From a virus (lineage: Duplodnaviria; Caudoviricetes): a DNA stretch of 64,000 nt. The first letter of the stretch is position 1. Each line of letters opens with the position of its first letter. A model generated the notes under the pieces. The model saw only the letters and a program-made list of their open reading frames with translations. It had not been told where the DNA came from and did no database searches. The stretch spans positions 96,001 to 160,000 of IMG/VR virus record IMGVR_UViG_3300029288_000075; one strand, given 5' to 3'. A program made the translations under genes and the position numbers. Positions 48,479 to 58,651 of the stretch are shown here, piece after piece.

Positions 48479-49417
48479 ATGCCCATCAAGCGACCAACTA
48501 CCCCTGTGGACGACCGCTGTGCCGACTGCAAGGAGTTCGACAAGGACGGCTGCTACAACTGCGGGCCCCTCACGATTGCGAAGGTGTTCAACCCAGCGGA
48601 GCTTGGGAAGGGCGCTGCGCACAGACAGCTGGTGCAGGATGCCCAGGGTCACCATCCCAAAGACGCGTGTCCAGAAGAATGCATTCTCTGTGGCGTCAGG
48701 GATTGCCCATATGAGAATCCACTTCATTACCATCATGACGGCTGCCCTGCTTGTCAGGCGGCAAGAAGGCAAGCTAAGGAGAAGGAGCAGTCTGCGCTAT
48801 CTGATGAAGAGTTACGACAGGCACTGTCCGACACGGCGTTCGAACGAATGGTACGCGCCGCGGGATGTAAACCAACGTTGGAATGGCTGGGTTGGATGCG
48901 TTGGGCGTACGAGCAGGGGCGCCAGAGTCGTGAAGTGGCTATCAGTATGCTCGAAGAAGAGAGAGCTGCGCACAACCAGCACAGGCTAGACTTGGGCGCT
49001 GCGTTAGACGCCAATCCCGGAGACCGGGCATCGTACATTGCGTTTGCCCAAATGATCTGCGCAGCGCATAGGGAATCCGAAAGGAAACTGGGCGACGTGA
49101 TCGCGCATGCCGAGGAATCCGGATGGAACGGCGTCGAGAACCCGAAGGACCTGTGCGACTACATCGTTGATACAGCCGAGCAGTTGCGTGCGGCTGAGCG
49201 GAAGCTGGACGCGTTGACACGGTGGAAGCCGCTTTCGGAACTTTCGGACGACATTCCTTCGGATCTATTTGTCGCGCTGGCGCTTGCAGAAAACCCGAAT
49301 GATGCGTCAGTAGAGCGTGTTGCGTTCTTGCGCACTTTGCTACTCCCCGAACGGTACATCTACAGGCTCATGCCTGAGTCATTCGAGGTAATGGAGAAAG
49401 CGAAAACCGATGGCTGA
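48479..49417 (+). CDS. Mosaic Cys/His-rich and coiled-coil hypothetical protein
   Basis: CILCGVRDCP...LHYHHDGCPAC; AGGAG RBS. Confidence 0.7.
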   Translation: MPIKRPTTPVDDRCADCKEFDKDGCYNCGPLTIAKVFNPAELGKGAAHRQLVQDAQGHHPKDACPEECILCGVRDCPYENPLHYHHDGCPACQAARRQAKEKEQSALSDEELRQALSDTAFERMVRAAGCKPTLEWLGWMRWAYEQGRQSREVAISMLEEERAAHNQHRLDLGAALDANPGDRASYIAFAQMICAAHRESERKLGDVIAHAEESGWNGVENPKDLCDYIVDTAEQLRAAERKLDALTRWKPLSELSDDIPSDLFVALALAENPNDASVERVAFLRTLLLPERYIYRLMPESFEVMEKAKTDG

Positions 49418-49715
49418 ATACGGAAACCGACCCACGCTCGACAAGCTGGAGCCGCACTACAGCAGACACGTGAGCGCCATGACGACCGAGGGCCTGTGGT
49501 CAAAATCGGACATCGCGGCAGAGCTAGCCGTGCGGGATGCGAGACTCGAAGCGGCGCAGAGGCGGGTTGCGGCACTGGAGAAAGAAGCGTCTGGACTAGT
49601 TTCTGCGCTTCACAGCCAGTCCAGTGGTGCTCTATCTGTCGTGGCTCGATTCAAGCTTTCTGACCTTGAAGCAGCGCTCGCAGGAAGGAAGAGTGATGTC
49701 AAGGCCACAGAATAG
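49410..49715 (+). CDS. phage hypothetical protein
   Basis: HVSAMTTEGLWSKSDIAAELAVRD. Confidence 0.65.
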   Translation: MAEYGNRPTLDKLEPHYSRHVSAMTTEGLWSKSDIAAELAVRDARLEAAQRRVAALEKEASGLVSALHSQSSGALSVVARFKLSDLEAALAGRKSDVKATE

Positions 49716-50078
49716 AACCTACGCACTAGCAAATGTGCGAAAACCTGGATACGGGGTAACGTCTCAACGAGAGCGCGATGCTGAGTACAAGACTGGACGC
49801 GCGGGGCGGACTTCACGTATTCACGCGCTAAACTTGGAGGTCACTAAGCTGAAGGAGCTGCTCAAGGTGGCGTTGGAGGAGCGTAGGGCACTAGAAGATG
49901 AGCAGTTTCTTGAGGACCACCCATGCGCGTGCGTGGCCTTGAATAGCCAGCTGGGGATCTTTGACATGGGAGAGCAAGAGCGTCGAGGGCGTGTCTCCTT
50001 TGACTCTCGCAGTCTCGTTGGTGAGTCATTCACCGCCAGCCGAAGTTGCATGACATGCGGAGGTACAGGAAAACCTAG

Positions 50079-50309
50079 ATGACTAGCTCGAAACGAGTTA
50101 TGAGACGATTCGGTAAAACGCTGGCAGCGATACGCCAATTGAAAGGCTTGTCGCAGGCTGAGCTAGCGCAAAAGGCGAAGCTTGCGCCGACATGGATTAG
50201 CCAGTTGGAGACAGGTAAGCGGCTGCCCTCTTTCATTACGCTGCAGAAGCTTGTCGGCGCGCTAGACGTGGATGCGTCAGTGCTGGTGGAGCTCGGAGAG
50301 GGCAGGTAA
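50079..50309 (+). CDS. XRE-family HTH regulator
   Basis: IRQLKGLSQAELA...WISQLETGKRLPS...LVGALDV. Confidence 0.9.
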   Translation: MTSSKRVMRRFGKTLAAIRQLKGLSQAELAQKAKLAPTWISQLETGKRLPSFITLQKLVGALDVDASVLVELGEGR

Positions 50310-50957
50310 CCGCGTTGGCAGGGCCAACCCATGCGGAGCTAGATGCTGCCAAGAGGCTCGAGCGGCGTCTGGCTATGGAGGGCTACAAGCGGGTGGTTCA
50401 AGAAGCGCAACTTGAGCTGCCCGCAGCCAGCCTTCGTGACATCCTGAGCTCGAAGACCATGCTGAGCCTGGCCACCGTTGTAACGGCCGGAGTAGGCATG
50501 GGGCTTACCATCAAAGAGATGCAACAGGCCGCAGATGAGTTGAAATCGCGCAAAGGGACCTAACATGTCGAAGCACAACGAAGATACCCAGGTTGCCAAG
50601 GGACCCATAGACGTAGAAGACCTACGTAAGGCATTTGCTGAGTTGGATGCTGTCCCCTTCAAGATAGGCGGAAACCATCCACCAGGTACTGCCTCTTTCG
50701 TGGACGACAACCCGGATAACCCCGTACAACTCTGCGATTCGCAAGGGAACCAGCTGGTGCTGATGACCTTGGATGAGTACAAGGCATTCAGGGCGCACAA
50801 GCCGATAAGCATGGGCTGCAGGATGGATGTTCCAGTACTGCCCGCCGGGCATTCCTTTGAGTGCGAACAGCAGGAATCCGTGGCTGAGCTAATTATGGGC
50901 TGCCTACTGCCGGAGAGGCTGACCCCCTCTCTCACCAATACCAAGGACCGCAAGTAG

Positions 50958-53900
50958 ATGGCAAATTACACCAGCGATGAGATTCAGACCGCCGTAGAGC
51001 AAATCGTGCGCTCTAGCATACGCACACCCACCGGCAGCGTCGGTGAAAGGCGGGTTGATACAACATTCACGGACCTCCAAGAAGCTGCCTCAGGGGTGTT
51101 CGTTCTCTACTACAATGCCCCGTTCTACGTCATCGGGCTGGGAACTACAAGAATCGCCGACGCAGCCCAAACCCAGCAGCAAACCCTCAATTCCATCGTG
51201 GATGCCATCAGAGCCCTCGGGAACATCGTAACCCCCGTGGGAGACATCTCCTCGCTTGCTAACGCGAAAGCTGCCCTCCAGGAGCTCGAAGGTGCCGTAG
51301 GAGCTCGAGCTCAGGGGTTTTCCGACATCTCCAACGTGCCCGCCTTCAGAAGGTACGCCCAGAACCTCTCCAAGTTCGTCGATGACTACGGTGGGAACGT
51401 GAAGGGGTTCGTGGAGGATGAGGAGACTGGTGCGTCCGTCCCAGGCATCGTAGACACCCCCTCGGGGGCCAAGTCCAAGATCCCAGGCCTCGTGAAGCAG
51501 ATGATTGAGCAGCACAAGGAGCTGGTCCGCCGTGTAACCCAGCTTGCGGGGGCCATGGACGACTTCGCCAGTCTCCAGCTGCCTCAGGTGACTGCCCAGG
51601 GCGTCATCTCGAGGGCTCGGCAGGTGCTGGACAGCCACTACGACACGCTTTCGGGCCAAACCCCCGAAGAGCGCCTTGGTGACCTGCGCTCAATACTGCT
51701 GGACTTGCTCACCCAGCAGCCGCTGGTGCAGCAATACGGGGCTGCCTTGGGCCCAAGCGAGTACATCACCACGAAGGGGCGTGGGGTTGCTACCAGCGAT
51801 GGAACTCATCTGGCCTCACCGGCGCAGCTCGCAGCCACCGCGTACGGTCCATACCCAATCACTGAGGCGAACCAGTTCGTGCGGTTCACCATGGATGGAG
51901 GCACACCCTTCAACTTCCCACTGCCGCTGGGCTACGTGGCAGAGCTGCGGTCCATCTTCTCTGGCCCGTACTTGATAGATGCCACCAACGACCGTCTCGT
52001 GGTGGACTTTGGTCTGCCAGGGATGATGGTGCGCTACACCGTCGCACTGACCCATGGCACTTTTTATGCGGAAGGCATTGCCATACAGGCGAATGTAGCC
52101 TTCGGTGCCATCTCCTTACGGTGCGAGACGTTCTTCAACCCGATCAAGTACGAGTCACATGTAATCACCACGGTGGAGAGTACCAACGTGGCGCGTTTCA
52201 CCTTGATGGCAGGTGGACTCACGGGGCTCAACATTGCCTTGACCGATGAAGTAGAAATTCTGGATGGGCCCAATGCGGGAACCACGTGGGCTATCACCTT
52301 CGTGGACCCTGCGGGGCAGTATGTACTTGCCGGTGGTACTACAAACGTGACTCCGGTGGGGCTTCCCGACGGAGTGCACATCCAGATTGGGCCCGCAGAG
52401 CGTTCGCTAATGCTCGTTGATACCGACGCTGCCACGTCTTTGGCAGTTCGAAGGGCTATCAGCCTGCCCATCACCAATGGCGTTGGAGATCTAGGGGCAG
52501 CAGTGTTGGGATTCTACCCAGGGATGCAGGTGCGCTCAAGGGCTGTGGCCGCCGCAGACGTGGCCAACTACATTGCCAAGTCCACTACGCTGCTCAATGC
52601 CAGTGCTGAGTTTGGCGACATTCGCTACACTGGCAATGCCCGCTCGTACGAGACGGATCATGGCCGTATCGTGCTGTCCGAGTACTACGGCACTGGCAGT
52701 ATTACGGCCGGCACAATCACCACGTACACACCTGATGTTGCGCTGCCAGCTACGGTGCAGGTTGGATTCAAGTTTGTGGTCCGTGCTTCTATCACCCCAG
52801 GAGATATAGGTAAGGTGGGTACTGTTGTGCAGCTGGTGCCCATCGTCAGAGTGGCGTTTTCCGTAGCTATCGTAGCGGGGACCATTACGGCCGAGGCTGG
52901 CCCAAGCGTGTGGTTCGACGCGGGGGACATCTTGAAGATCACCGCGGGGCCCAATCAGGGCAGGTACGTGGTGCGTGAGGAAGCCGGGTACCAGACAGAC
53001 AGTCCACTTGAGATTCTGCTTGAGGCGTCGCTACCTGTACCAATCGCAAACGGGACGTTTTCTACCTTCTCGGTGGAGCTAGGTGCGGAGCGTGTGGTGT
53101 TCGCAAGCCGGGTTCCTCAGACGACCAGCACGGTGGTGGTGAACAACCCAGTGAGTGCGGGGTCAGGAGCGGAGTACTTTTTTGCCCCTACGGAGTTGCC
53201 GGCGAGTGCAGAGGGTACAACTCCGTGGATGAGGTTCACGCAGTACCCTGCTGGCGTACAGGTGGGTGACCTCATGCAGTTGTTCGAAACGGACTTCCTC
53301 ACACCAAGCAGGGCCTACACCATCACGAGTACAGAGCAGGGAACTAGGTTGCTGAAGGTGACGCCTGGACTGCTGCCCGATGATGACTTCTCCTTCGAGT
53401 TCAACACGCCAGTGCCTTTCGGGCGCATTCGAGTGGCGAAGGTAGCGGACTTTCAGGAGCTCAAGACACGCTTGACTACTTGGCTAGGGCTGTCTGAACA
53501 ACAGCAGCTGTATCTGACGGGGATCTTGCCGGTGTTGAATCCGCTACTCACTACTACGAACCCCACGGCGTTGCAGATTGGGGATGCGGTCAACTACTTC
53601 CAGGCGGTGTCCGAGGTCCTTACGGTCAAGGCAGCCACGAACCACGTAGCACCGGTGTCTGCCACGCTCGAGTATGCGCTGCAGCAGTACACGCCACCCC
53701 CAGAAGAAGCAGTCGATACATTATTGGCAACTTTCAGGCATAAGGGAGCTGATAGAGCGATTGACCTACTGCTTGAGGGACGCTTCGGTGACTTCTTCGG
53801 TTTGAGCATGGATGAGTCCAGCTACTCCGGGATGTTGTTGAAGGGCATCCGAGACATGGCCCGAGAAGACCTGCCAGTCCGCAGGTTCGACAGGCGTAAG

Positions 53901-54035
53901 CTGATAGGACAAACGCTCATTGGGGCAGCACCAAACCAGAAGGACTCTGAGTTCGATGAAGAAGACGCGGATTCTCCGAAACAACCTGACATTCCTATTG
54001 GCGATAGCGTTTCACGGCCTGGCGCCGACTTCTGA
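50958..54035 (+). CDS. Large putative virion structural protein
   Basis: 1025 aa; helical termini flanking a long Thr/Gly/Val-rich beta region; function inferred. Confidence 0.5.
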   Translation: MANYTSDEIQTAVEQIVRSSIRTPTGSVGERRVDTTFTDLQEAASGVFVLYYNAPFYVIGLGTTRIADAAQTQQQTLNSIVDAIRALGNIVTPVGDISSLANAKAALQELEGAVGARAQGFSDISNVPAFRRYAQNLSKFVDDYGGNVKGFVEDEETGASVPGIVDTPSGAKSKIPGLVKQMIEQHKELVRRVTQLAGAMDDFASLQLPQVTAQGVISRARQVLDSHYDTLSGQTPEERLGDLRSILLDLLTQQPLVQQYGAALGPSEYITTKGRGVATSDGTHLASPAQLAATAYGPYPITEANQFVRFTMDGGTPFNFPLPLGYVAELRSIFSGPYLIDATNDRLVVDFGLPGMMVRYTVALTHGTFYAEGIAIQANVAFGAISLRCETFFNPIKYESHVITTVESTNVARFTLMAGGLTGLNIALTDEVEILDGPNAGTTWAITFVDPAGQYVLAGGTTNVTPVGLPDGVHIQIGPAERSLMLVDTDAATSLAVRRAISLPITNGVGDLGAAVLGFYPGMQVRSRAVAAADVANYIAKSTTLLNASAEFGDIRYTGNARSYETDHGRIVLSEYYGTGSITAGTITTYTPDVALPATVQVGFKFVVRASITPGDIGKVGTVVQLVPIVRVAFSVAIVAGTITAEAGPSVWFDAGDILKITAGPNQGRYVVREEAGYQTDSPLEILLEASLPVPIANGTFSTFSVELGAERVVFASRVPQTTSTVVVNNPVSAGSGAEYFFAPTELPASAEGTTPWMRFTQYPAGVQVGDLMQLFETDFLTPSRAYTITSTEQGTRLLKVTPGLLPDDDFSFEFNTPVPFGRIRVAKVADFQELKTRLTTWLGLSEQQQLYLTGILPVLNPLLTTTNPTALQIGDAVNYFQAVSEVLTVKAATNHVAPVSATLEYALQQYTPPPEEAVDTLLATFRHKGADRAIDLLLEGRFGDFFGLSMDESSYSGMLLKGIRDMAREDLPVRRFDRRKLIGQTLIGAAPNQKDSEFDEEDADSPKQPDIPIGDSVSRPGADF

Positions 54036-54101
54036 AGAGACTCGGGACGCTATCCTGAAGCACTTCAGGCAATGCAGGAACAGGCACTAGAGGACAGCTG
54101 T

Positions 54102-54136
54102 TCCCGGCGGTGGTGTAGAGGTGCCCATCGCCGGGA
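54102..54136 (+). terminator. GC-rich hairpin after the 1025-aa gene
   Basis: 12-bp stem TCCCGGCGGTGG/CCATCGCCGGGA; no U-tract. Confidence 0.35.
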
Positions 54137-54154
54137 GCACAACTGGAGGTAACC

Positions 54155-54556
54155 ATGGAACCACGAGCTGAGATCTACGAGCGATTGAAGAAGAGCCCAA
54201 TCATCCCACCAGATGAGTTGGACCACGCCATGCAGTTGGTGGACACTCTGCTGCAGGCGTGCGGGTCATTGCAAGCCGCGGGGGTGCCCATTTTCACGTT
54301 GATACACGTCTGTACGTTGCCTACCCGACAGCAGGTGTCGTTACCCGTGTCGCTCGTGGAAGAGATGGTTGCAGCAATGGGCGTCGGAGAGATGGGTCTT
54401 CAAACGTTGCGTACTTTACGAGACATTGCAGGCGAGATGGTACTTCGTATCCTGTTCATCACGCCAACGGGCATGTCGGTGCTTGCAGTGCAGTACATAC
54501 CAAAGTCAGATGGTCCCCACGTGGCGGTGAACTGCACTACCACTGGCAGCGCCTGA
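54155..54556 (+). CDS. hypothetical protein
   Basis: GGAGGT RBS. Confidence 0.7.
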   Translation: MEPRAEIYERLKKSPIIPPDELDHAMQLVDTLLQACGSLQAAGVPIFTLIHVCTLPTRQQVSLPVSLVEEMVAAMGVGEMGLQTLRTLRDIAGEMVLRILFITPTGMSVLAVQYIPKSDGPHVAVNCTTTGSA

Positions 54557-54576
54557 CACTCCAGAGGAGGAATTAC

Positions 54577-54645
54577 ATGAAGGCGCTATCAGTACGTCAG
54601 CCTTGGCTTGACGCCATTCTGAGTGTGGTCGGGTCAGCCGTATGA
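54577..54645 (+). pseudogene. Truncated ASCH-domain gene
   Basis: GAGGAGG RBS, then MKALSVRQPWLDAIL (ASCH N-terminal signature) and a stop after 22 aa. Confidence 0.6.
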
Positions 54646-54721
54646 TTGAGGAGAGCGTTTATCTGGTTCGGGACCTGAATGGGTTGCGGCAAGCTCTTCG
54701 GGTATTCAGGAAGGAGCACTG

Positions 54722-55021
54722 ATGCAACGGTCTGAGCACCGTAGCGGACGACGCATCGCCGTCATGTACTTCCTCACCAGGTTCTATCGGGCACAAAAGC
54801 GTGGAGACTCTGTGCTGCGAGACAAACTGGGCGAAGTGCTCGAGGAGATACAAGCCAGTTGCCCGCACAGCGAGGCAGGACGGTTTCAGGCCAAAGTCAG
54901 CGGCACGAAGATACGAGCAGGTCAGTGGTTCACCATGTGCATGGAGTGCAACAAGCTGTTGGGCTACGAAGATGCGCCAAAAGACAGGCCAAGTGGGGTA
55001 CAAGTAAGACAAGGACTGTAA
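54722..55021 (+). CDS. hypothetical protein
   Basis: AGGAG RBS; CPH...CMEC. Confidence 0.6.
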   Translation: MQRSEHRSGRRIAVMYFLTRFYRAQKRGDSVLRDKLGEVLEEIQASCPHSEAGRFQAKVSGTKIRAGQWFTMCMECNKLLGYEDAPKDRPSGVQVRQGL

Positions 55022-55024
55022 CTA

Positions 55025-55651
55025 ATGGACAAATGTACCTGCGATGACTTCTGCGACGGCCCCTGTCCTGAGCACGCCACCGAAGAGGAGAAGGCTGCTT
55101 GGAACGGGGGCTTGGGGGACTTGGAAGGTGCCTACCCCGAGTACAGCCCTTCCGAGGTCTTGGCCAACGACCGCTTGAAGCTCTGGCACAGCACCACAGA
55201 TGCTCGAGCCGTGCAGGTGGCCTTGATGCTGAGCGACGAGGAGTACGCCACCTTCGTTGAACGCAATGAGCTTCCTGCAGACTACATGAGCAGAAGCAGA
55301 TACGACTACGCCAAGGTTCCCGGTATTGGCCAGCTTCAGGGAGACCTTGTGCCGGACTTGGACAAACCGCTCACTGTGGAGTCCTTAGTTCAGCAGTACG
55401 AGGCAAGGGCCAAGGAAGTACATACGAAGCTTGGCTGGTTCAGCGACCACTGGCAGGGTTTGGCAGAGCTGTGGGCCGTGGCTGACTTGGAGATCATCCG
55501 CATGACCTTGGCAATGCACCCCAACGAGCCACAAGACATTGTGCTACGTAGGCTGTACAAGCTGCCCCCAAGGCACACGCTACCATCTACGACAGAGGAG
55601 ACTGAGAGGACATGCGACTCTACAAATGTGAATGGCCCGACGGCGACGTGA
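55025..55651 (+). CDS. hypothetical protein
   Basis: 208 aa. Confidence 0.65.
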   Translation: MDKCTCDDFCDGPCPEHATEEEKAAWNGGLGDLEGAYPEYSPSEVLANDRLKLWHSTTDARAVQVALMLSDEEYATFVERNELPADYMSRSRYDYAKVPGIGQLQGDLVPDLDKPLTVESLVQQYEARAKEVHTKLGWFSDHWQGLAELWAVADLEIIRMTLAMHPNEPQDIVLRRLYKLPPRHTLPSTTEETERTCDSTNVNGPTAT

Positions 55652-56460
55652 CCATGATTCTGGCGCGCAACAAAGAAGAAGCGCTGGATGACCTCGACGA
55701 GATTGGGAATGCTGACATCGAGATGCTCACGGAAGTGCGCAGTTTCATGGTTACCTTTGCGCCAACGGAGGTTGAGCACCCAGAGGTAGACGAACCTGAC
55801 TTCGAGTGGAGTCTAAGCCATCTCGGGGAGTGCATGGTAGGCGTGCTACCAGCGATCGAGGAGGCAATAGCACGTTTAGGGTCCTATGTGGGCGCGGGAG
55901 ACCCTATGTTGGAAGAGCTCGACGGCAACCCTACTGGTGATGAGTGTGATGGGAACTGCGCCAATTGCGAGCATGCGTCTACAGATCCCAACAAGGTCGG
56001 TACAGGGCCCATGCAAGCTCTGGCAGAAGAACATCTGCATCGTCCCTCAGTGCTGGCCGTACACGAGGTGTTCCCTGACCTATGCCCCCAATTCCCTACC
56101 AAGTTGCAGAAGCTGTTCGCGCGAAACGTCGAATACATGTGCTTCGGCTTGAGCCAGATAGCAGCGTATCCTCCGTTGCGTTACCTGGTGGGGGTTGTTC
56201 AGCTGAACGAGCAGGGCAAGGGCATGTGCGCCATATTTTCTCGTCAAAACTTGGTGGCAACGCATCCTGACGACGCAGAGTTGGTCAAGCAGGCGGAACA
56301 AGGGATACAGCCAAGCGATATGCACCTGCCTGTGCTGTTGGTCGGACCAAGCAGGAAGGAAGCGCACGTCATCAACGTGCCTCAAGTACTGCAGTCATTC
56401 AATGCGAAGAAGGAAGCCATGGCAGCTACAACCTCGCCAGGCTCTACGGAGAACAACTAG
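55612..56460 (+). CDS. hypothetical protein with a CDGNCANC cluster
   Basis: 282 aa, GAGGA RBS. Confidence 0.7.
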   Translation: MRLYKCEWPDGDVTMILARNKEEALDDLDEIGNADIEMLTEVRSFMVTFAPTEVEHPEVDEPDFEWSLSHLGECMVGVLPAIEEAIARLGSYVGAGDPMLEELDGNPTGDECDGNCANCEHASTDPNKVGTGPMQALAEEHLHRPSVLAVHEVFPDLCPQFPTKLQKLFARNVEYMCFGLSQIAAYPPLRYLVGVVQLNEQGKGMCAIFSRQNLVATHPDDAELVKQAEQGIQPSDMHLPVLLVGPSRKEAHVINVPQVLQSFNAKKEAMAATTSPGSTENN

Positions 56461-56772
56461 ATGAACGAGATCATTGTCGGTAGCAAGCCCAGCGTCTCTA
56501 CTACGCCCAAGTGCAAACTCATGGTCTCCATCATGGAGCTCAACCACAGCAACATCGTGCTGCCGGGGCAGCCACCGCCGCCCCAGCTGGACCCGCGGAT
56601 AAAGTTCATTGGGCAGTTCTTCATGCCCGGTCCGCAGGGGCCTGTGGGTATTGGCGTAGTTGGCGAGACCAGGGACGAGGTCCTGGAGAAGCTGAAGATC
56701 GCGCTGCCCAACGTAATGCGGGACTTCCACTACATCTCCATCGAGCAGTTCGAACTGACGCTGGGAGGCTGA
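56461..56772 (+). CDS. hypothetical protein, HicB-like C-terminal pattern
   Basis: VVGETRDEVLEKLKIAL. Confidence 0.55.
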   Translation: MNEIIVGSKPSVSTTPKCKLMVSIMELNHSNIVLPGQPPPPQLDPRIKFIGQFFMPGPQGPVGIGVVGETRDEVLEKLKIALPNVMRDFHYISIEQFELTLGG

Positions 56773-56773
56773 G

Positions 56774-57016
56774 GTGGCTGAATCGTCCAATGGTGCTGAC
56801 GCCAGGACGCCGAGGTATCTTCTTGTTGGGAAGCAGGTTGGTAGGGAGCTGGCCTTGTTAGGTACAGCTCCCAGCTGGGAGCAGGCCATGGAGGGTGTTT
56901 ACGCTTTACTCGATGGGTGTCCAGAAGGGGTGCTGCTTGTGGATACTATTGAGCGAAGGTCACGTCTCGTGAAGAACAAGAATACTCTAGTCAACAAGGC
57001 TGAGGAGACGGGTTAG
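56774..57016 (+). CDS. small hypothetical protein
   Basis: GGAGG-GTG start. Confidence 0.55.
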   Translation: MAESSNGADARTPRYLLVGKQVGRELALLGTAPSWEQAMEGVYALLDGCPEGVLLVDTIERRSRLVKNKNTLVNKAEETG

Positions 57017-57018
57017 CC

Positions 57019-57243
57019 ATGGCATACGGCGAGTTGGTTACGATAGAGGACTGCAGGGTGGTGGCGGTCTCCACAAAGAACGAGTCGGTCCTTGTCCACA
57101 ACGACGAGTGGGATGAGGACCTCTGGTTCCCAGACAGTCAGATTGACGACAACGCATCCGAGATCTACAGCGGCTGCAAACGCGGGGATACAGGAAAGCT
57201 CGTCATCACGGAATGGATTGCCAAGCAGAAAGGGATCCTCTGA
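57019..57243 (+). CDS. small phage protein
   Basis: WFPDSQI...LVITEWIAKQKGI. Confidence 0.65.
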   Translation: MAYGELVTIEDCRVVAVSTKNESVLVHNDEWDEDLWFPDSQIDDNASEIYSGCKRGDTGKLVITEWIAKQKGIL

Positions 57244-57246
57244 GTT

Positions 57247-57489
57247 ATGGCGTACTACGTAGTTGCTGGTAGCAACGCGAAAGGGGGTCTTGTTGTTTTG
57301 GATACGTACAAGGGGTGGCTCGTCTACGGTGTAGACGACGTATTGCTGTACGCCTGTGGGCGTCACTTCAAGAGTCACGCGGAAAGTAAGCGGGCTGCTG
57401 CACGAGCTCTTCGGATGTACCCAACGTACAGACTAGTACCTACAAAAGTTGTCATAGGAGGGCCTGCTAGTGTGCCACGGGCCTCCTGA
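57247..57489 (+). CDS. small hypothetical protein
   Basis: 80 aa within the array. Confidence 0.55.
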   Translation: MAYYVVAGSNAKGGLVVLDTYKGWLVYGVDDVLLYACGRHFKSHAESKRAAARALRMYPTYRLVPTKVVIGGPASVPRAS

Positions 57490-57605
57490 GAAGGTACCAA
57501 TCCAGAATGACTGAGGTGATTCATCGCCTCTTGTGGTGCATCGTGGCTGGCCTACTATTCGTGGCGCTGGCTGCGATGCATTCTATAACCCGAAAGGATT
57601 GATGT

Positions 57606-58034
57606 ATGGCTAGCCCACTGCGCAAGCTGACCTTTGACGATGTTGTATTTACCGTAGAGGCTGTAGAGGACGACACGCCGATACAGGGAAATGCACAGGC
57701 TTCTGATGATCCAAGGGCAGACAAGGCCTACGAGTGCGAGCTTCTGCTGCGGCGGGCTCAGGGTGACGTCTGGGCCTGGGCGCTGGTGCGGGTGATTGCC
57801 ACGTGGAAGTACTTCCGTGGATCAACCGTTCTGGGTGGTTGCACGTACAAGGACCTCCAGGAGTTCATGGGTGACGTCTACTACGCCGACATGAAGATTC
57901 AAGCGCTGGATGATCTGCAGGAGAAACTCCAGCACACCTACGACAATCTAGCGGAGCTGGTGGTTGACGAATCCGCCGCGCTGCGTAGGCAAATTGCCGA
58001 ATACGAGGAGCTATTGGCAGATGACGGAAAGTGA
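57606..58034 (+). CDS. phage hypothetical protein
   Basis: AAGGA RBS; VWAWALVRV...LGGCTY. Confidence 0.65.
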   Translation: MASPLRKLTFDDVVFTVEAVEDDTPIQGNAQASDDPRADKAYECELLLRRAQGDVWAWALVRVIATWKYFRGSTVLGGCTYKDLQEFMGDVYYADMKIQALDDLQEKLQHTYDNLAELVVDESAALRRQIAEYEELLADDGK

Positions 58035-58279
58035 GAGCATAAAGGGACAGCACAATTTGTTGGAGTTCGAGTACTTCCCTTCTCGCGGCCTGTGCATTAT
58101 TCGAGCACTGCACTCTGGTGCATATTACGCCCGCATCCGCAACTTGGACACGTCGCCTGAGGTTTGTCCTTTTCCAGGAATCTGGGTGTCCTTAGAGACC
58201 TTGCGGTTGGCTATGGAGTTCGTAGGACAGCACAAGGCGGACAAGCCCGCCAATCCCCCTGTGGTTACGGATCACTGCC

Positions 58280-58564
58280 ATGCGAAATGAGCAGGTGGAC
58301 CGGCGTGCCTTTATCCGTTGGACAGCGGCAGGACAGACGCTGCTCCTCGAGCGGGACAGGGCAGGTACCGTGTATGTACTTCCCGACGACGGTGGTCCAG
58401 AGGAGAAGCGCATGCATGAGCTGGTGGAAGCGCTGGATCGCGGTGAGACCATAGAGTTGGTGAATTCAGGGACAGGGAAAGTGCTGTCTACGATGGAGCT
58501 CACCGACGACGGTTACGTAGAGCGTCTGGCACCAGGCGTGGTGGTACGCGAGTTGGACTACTGA
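58280..58564 (+). CDS. small hypothetical protein
   Basis: 94 aa, last gene of the array before a hairpin. Confidence 0.55.
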   Translation: MRNEQVDRRAFIRWTAAGQTLLLERDRAGTVYVLPDDGGPEEKRMHELVEALDRGETIELVNSGTGKVLSTMELTDDGYVERLAPGVVVRELDY

Positions 58565-58568
58565 GGCA

Positions 58569-58597
58569 GCGGCGTCTTGTACTTCACAGGGCGCCGC
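58569..58597 (+). terminator. Hairpin at the end of the array
   Basis: 12-bp stem with G-U pairs immediately after the stop. Confidence 0.4.
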
Positions 58598-58651
58598 CAG
58601 CAGCTCATCTTCAGGGGAATTCGCCTTTTCTTAGGTGTCTTTTGCGGCATA

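Larger units (their letters stand above)
39285..50957 (+). other. Array of about 30 small co-oriented hypothetical genes (early/host-takeover type)
   Basis: Tightly coupled ORFs, e.g. 39285-39575, 39568-39735, 39732-40145, 40194-40676, 40648-40923, 40913-41119, 41116-41325, 41318-41719, 41716-42021, 43590-44006, 44729-45007, 46321-46686, 46688-47194, 48254-48475, 49696-50082, 50315-50563, 50565-50957. Confidence 0.75.

Noticed and set aside
50801-50809. GCCGATAAG, a perfect sigma28 -10
   Set aside because: Inside a coding region with no matching -35 at the right spacing
53736-53744. AGGCATAAG matching the promoter -10 element
   Set aside because: Intragenic and lacks the TG[A/C]AA element at 14-15 nt
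56461-56772. Second ORF ending in TLGG, a possible ubiquitin-like protein
   Set aside because: No beta-grasp pattern (it looks HicB-like); the GG is explained by the overlapping GGAGG SD of the next gene
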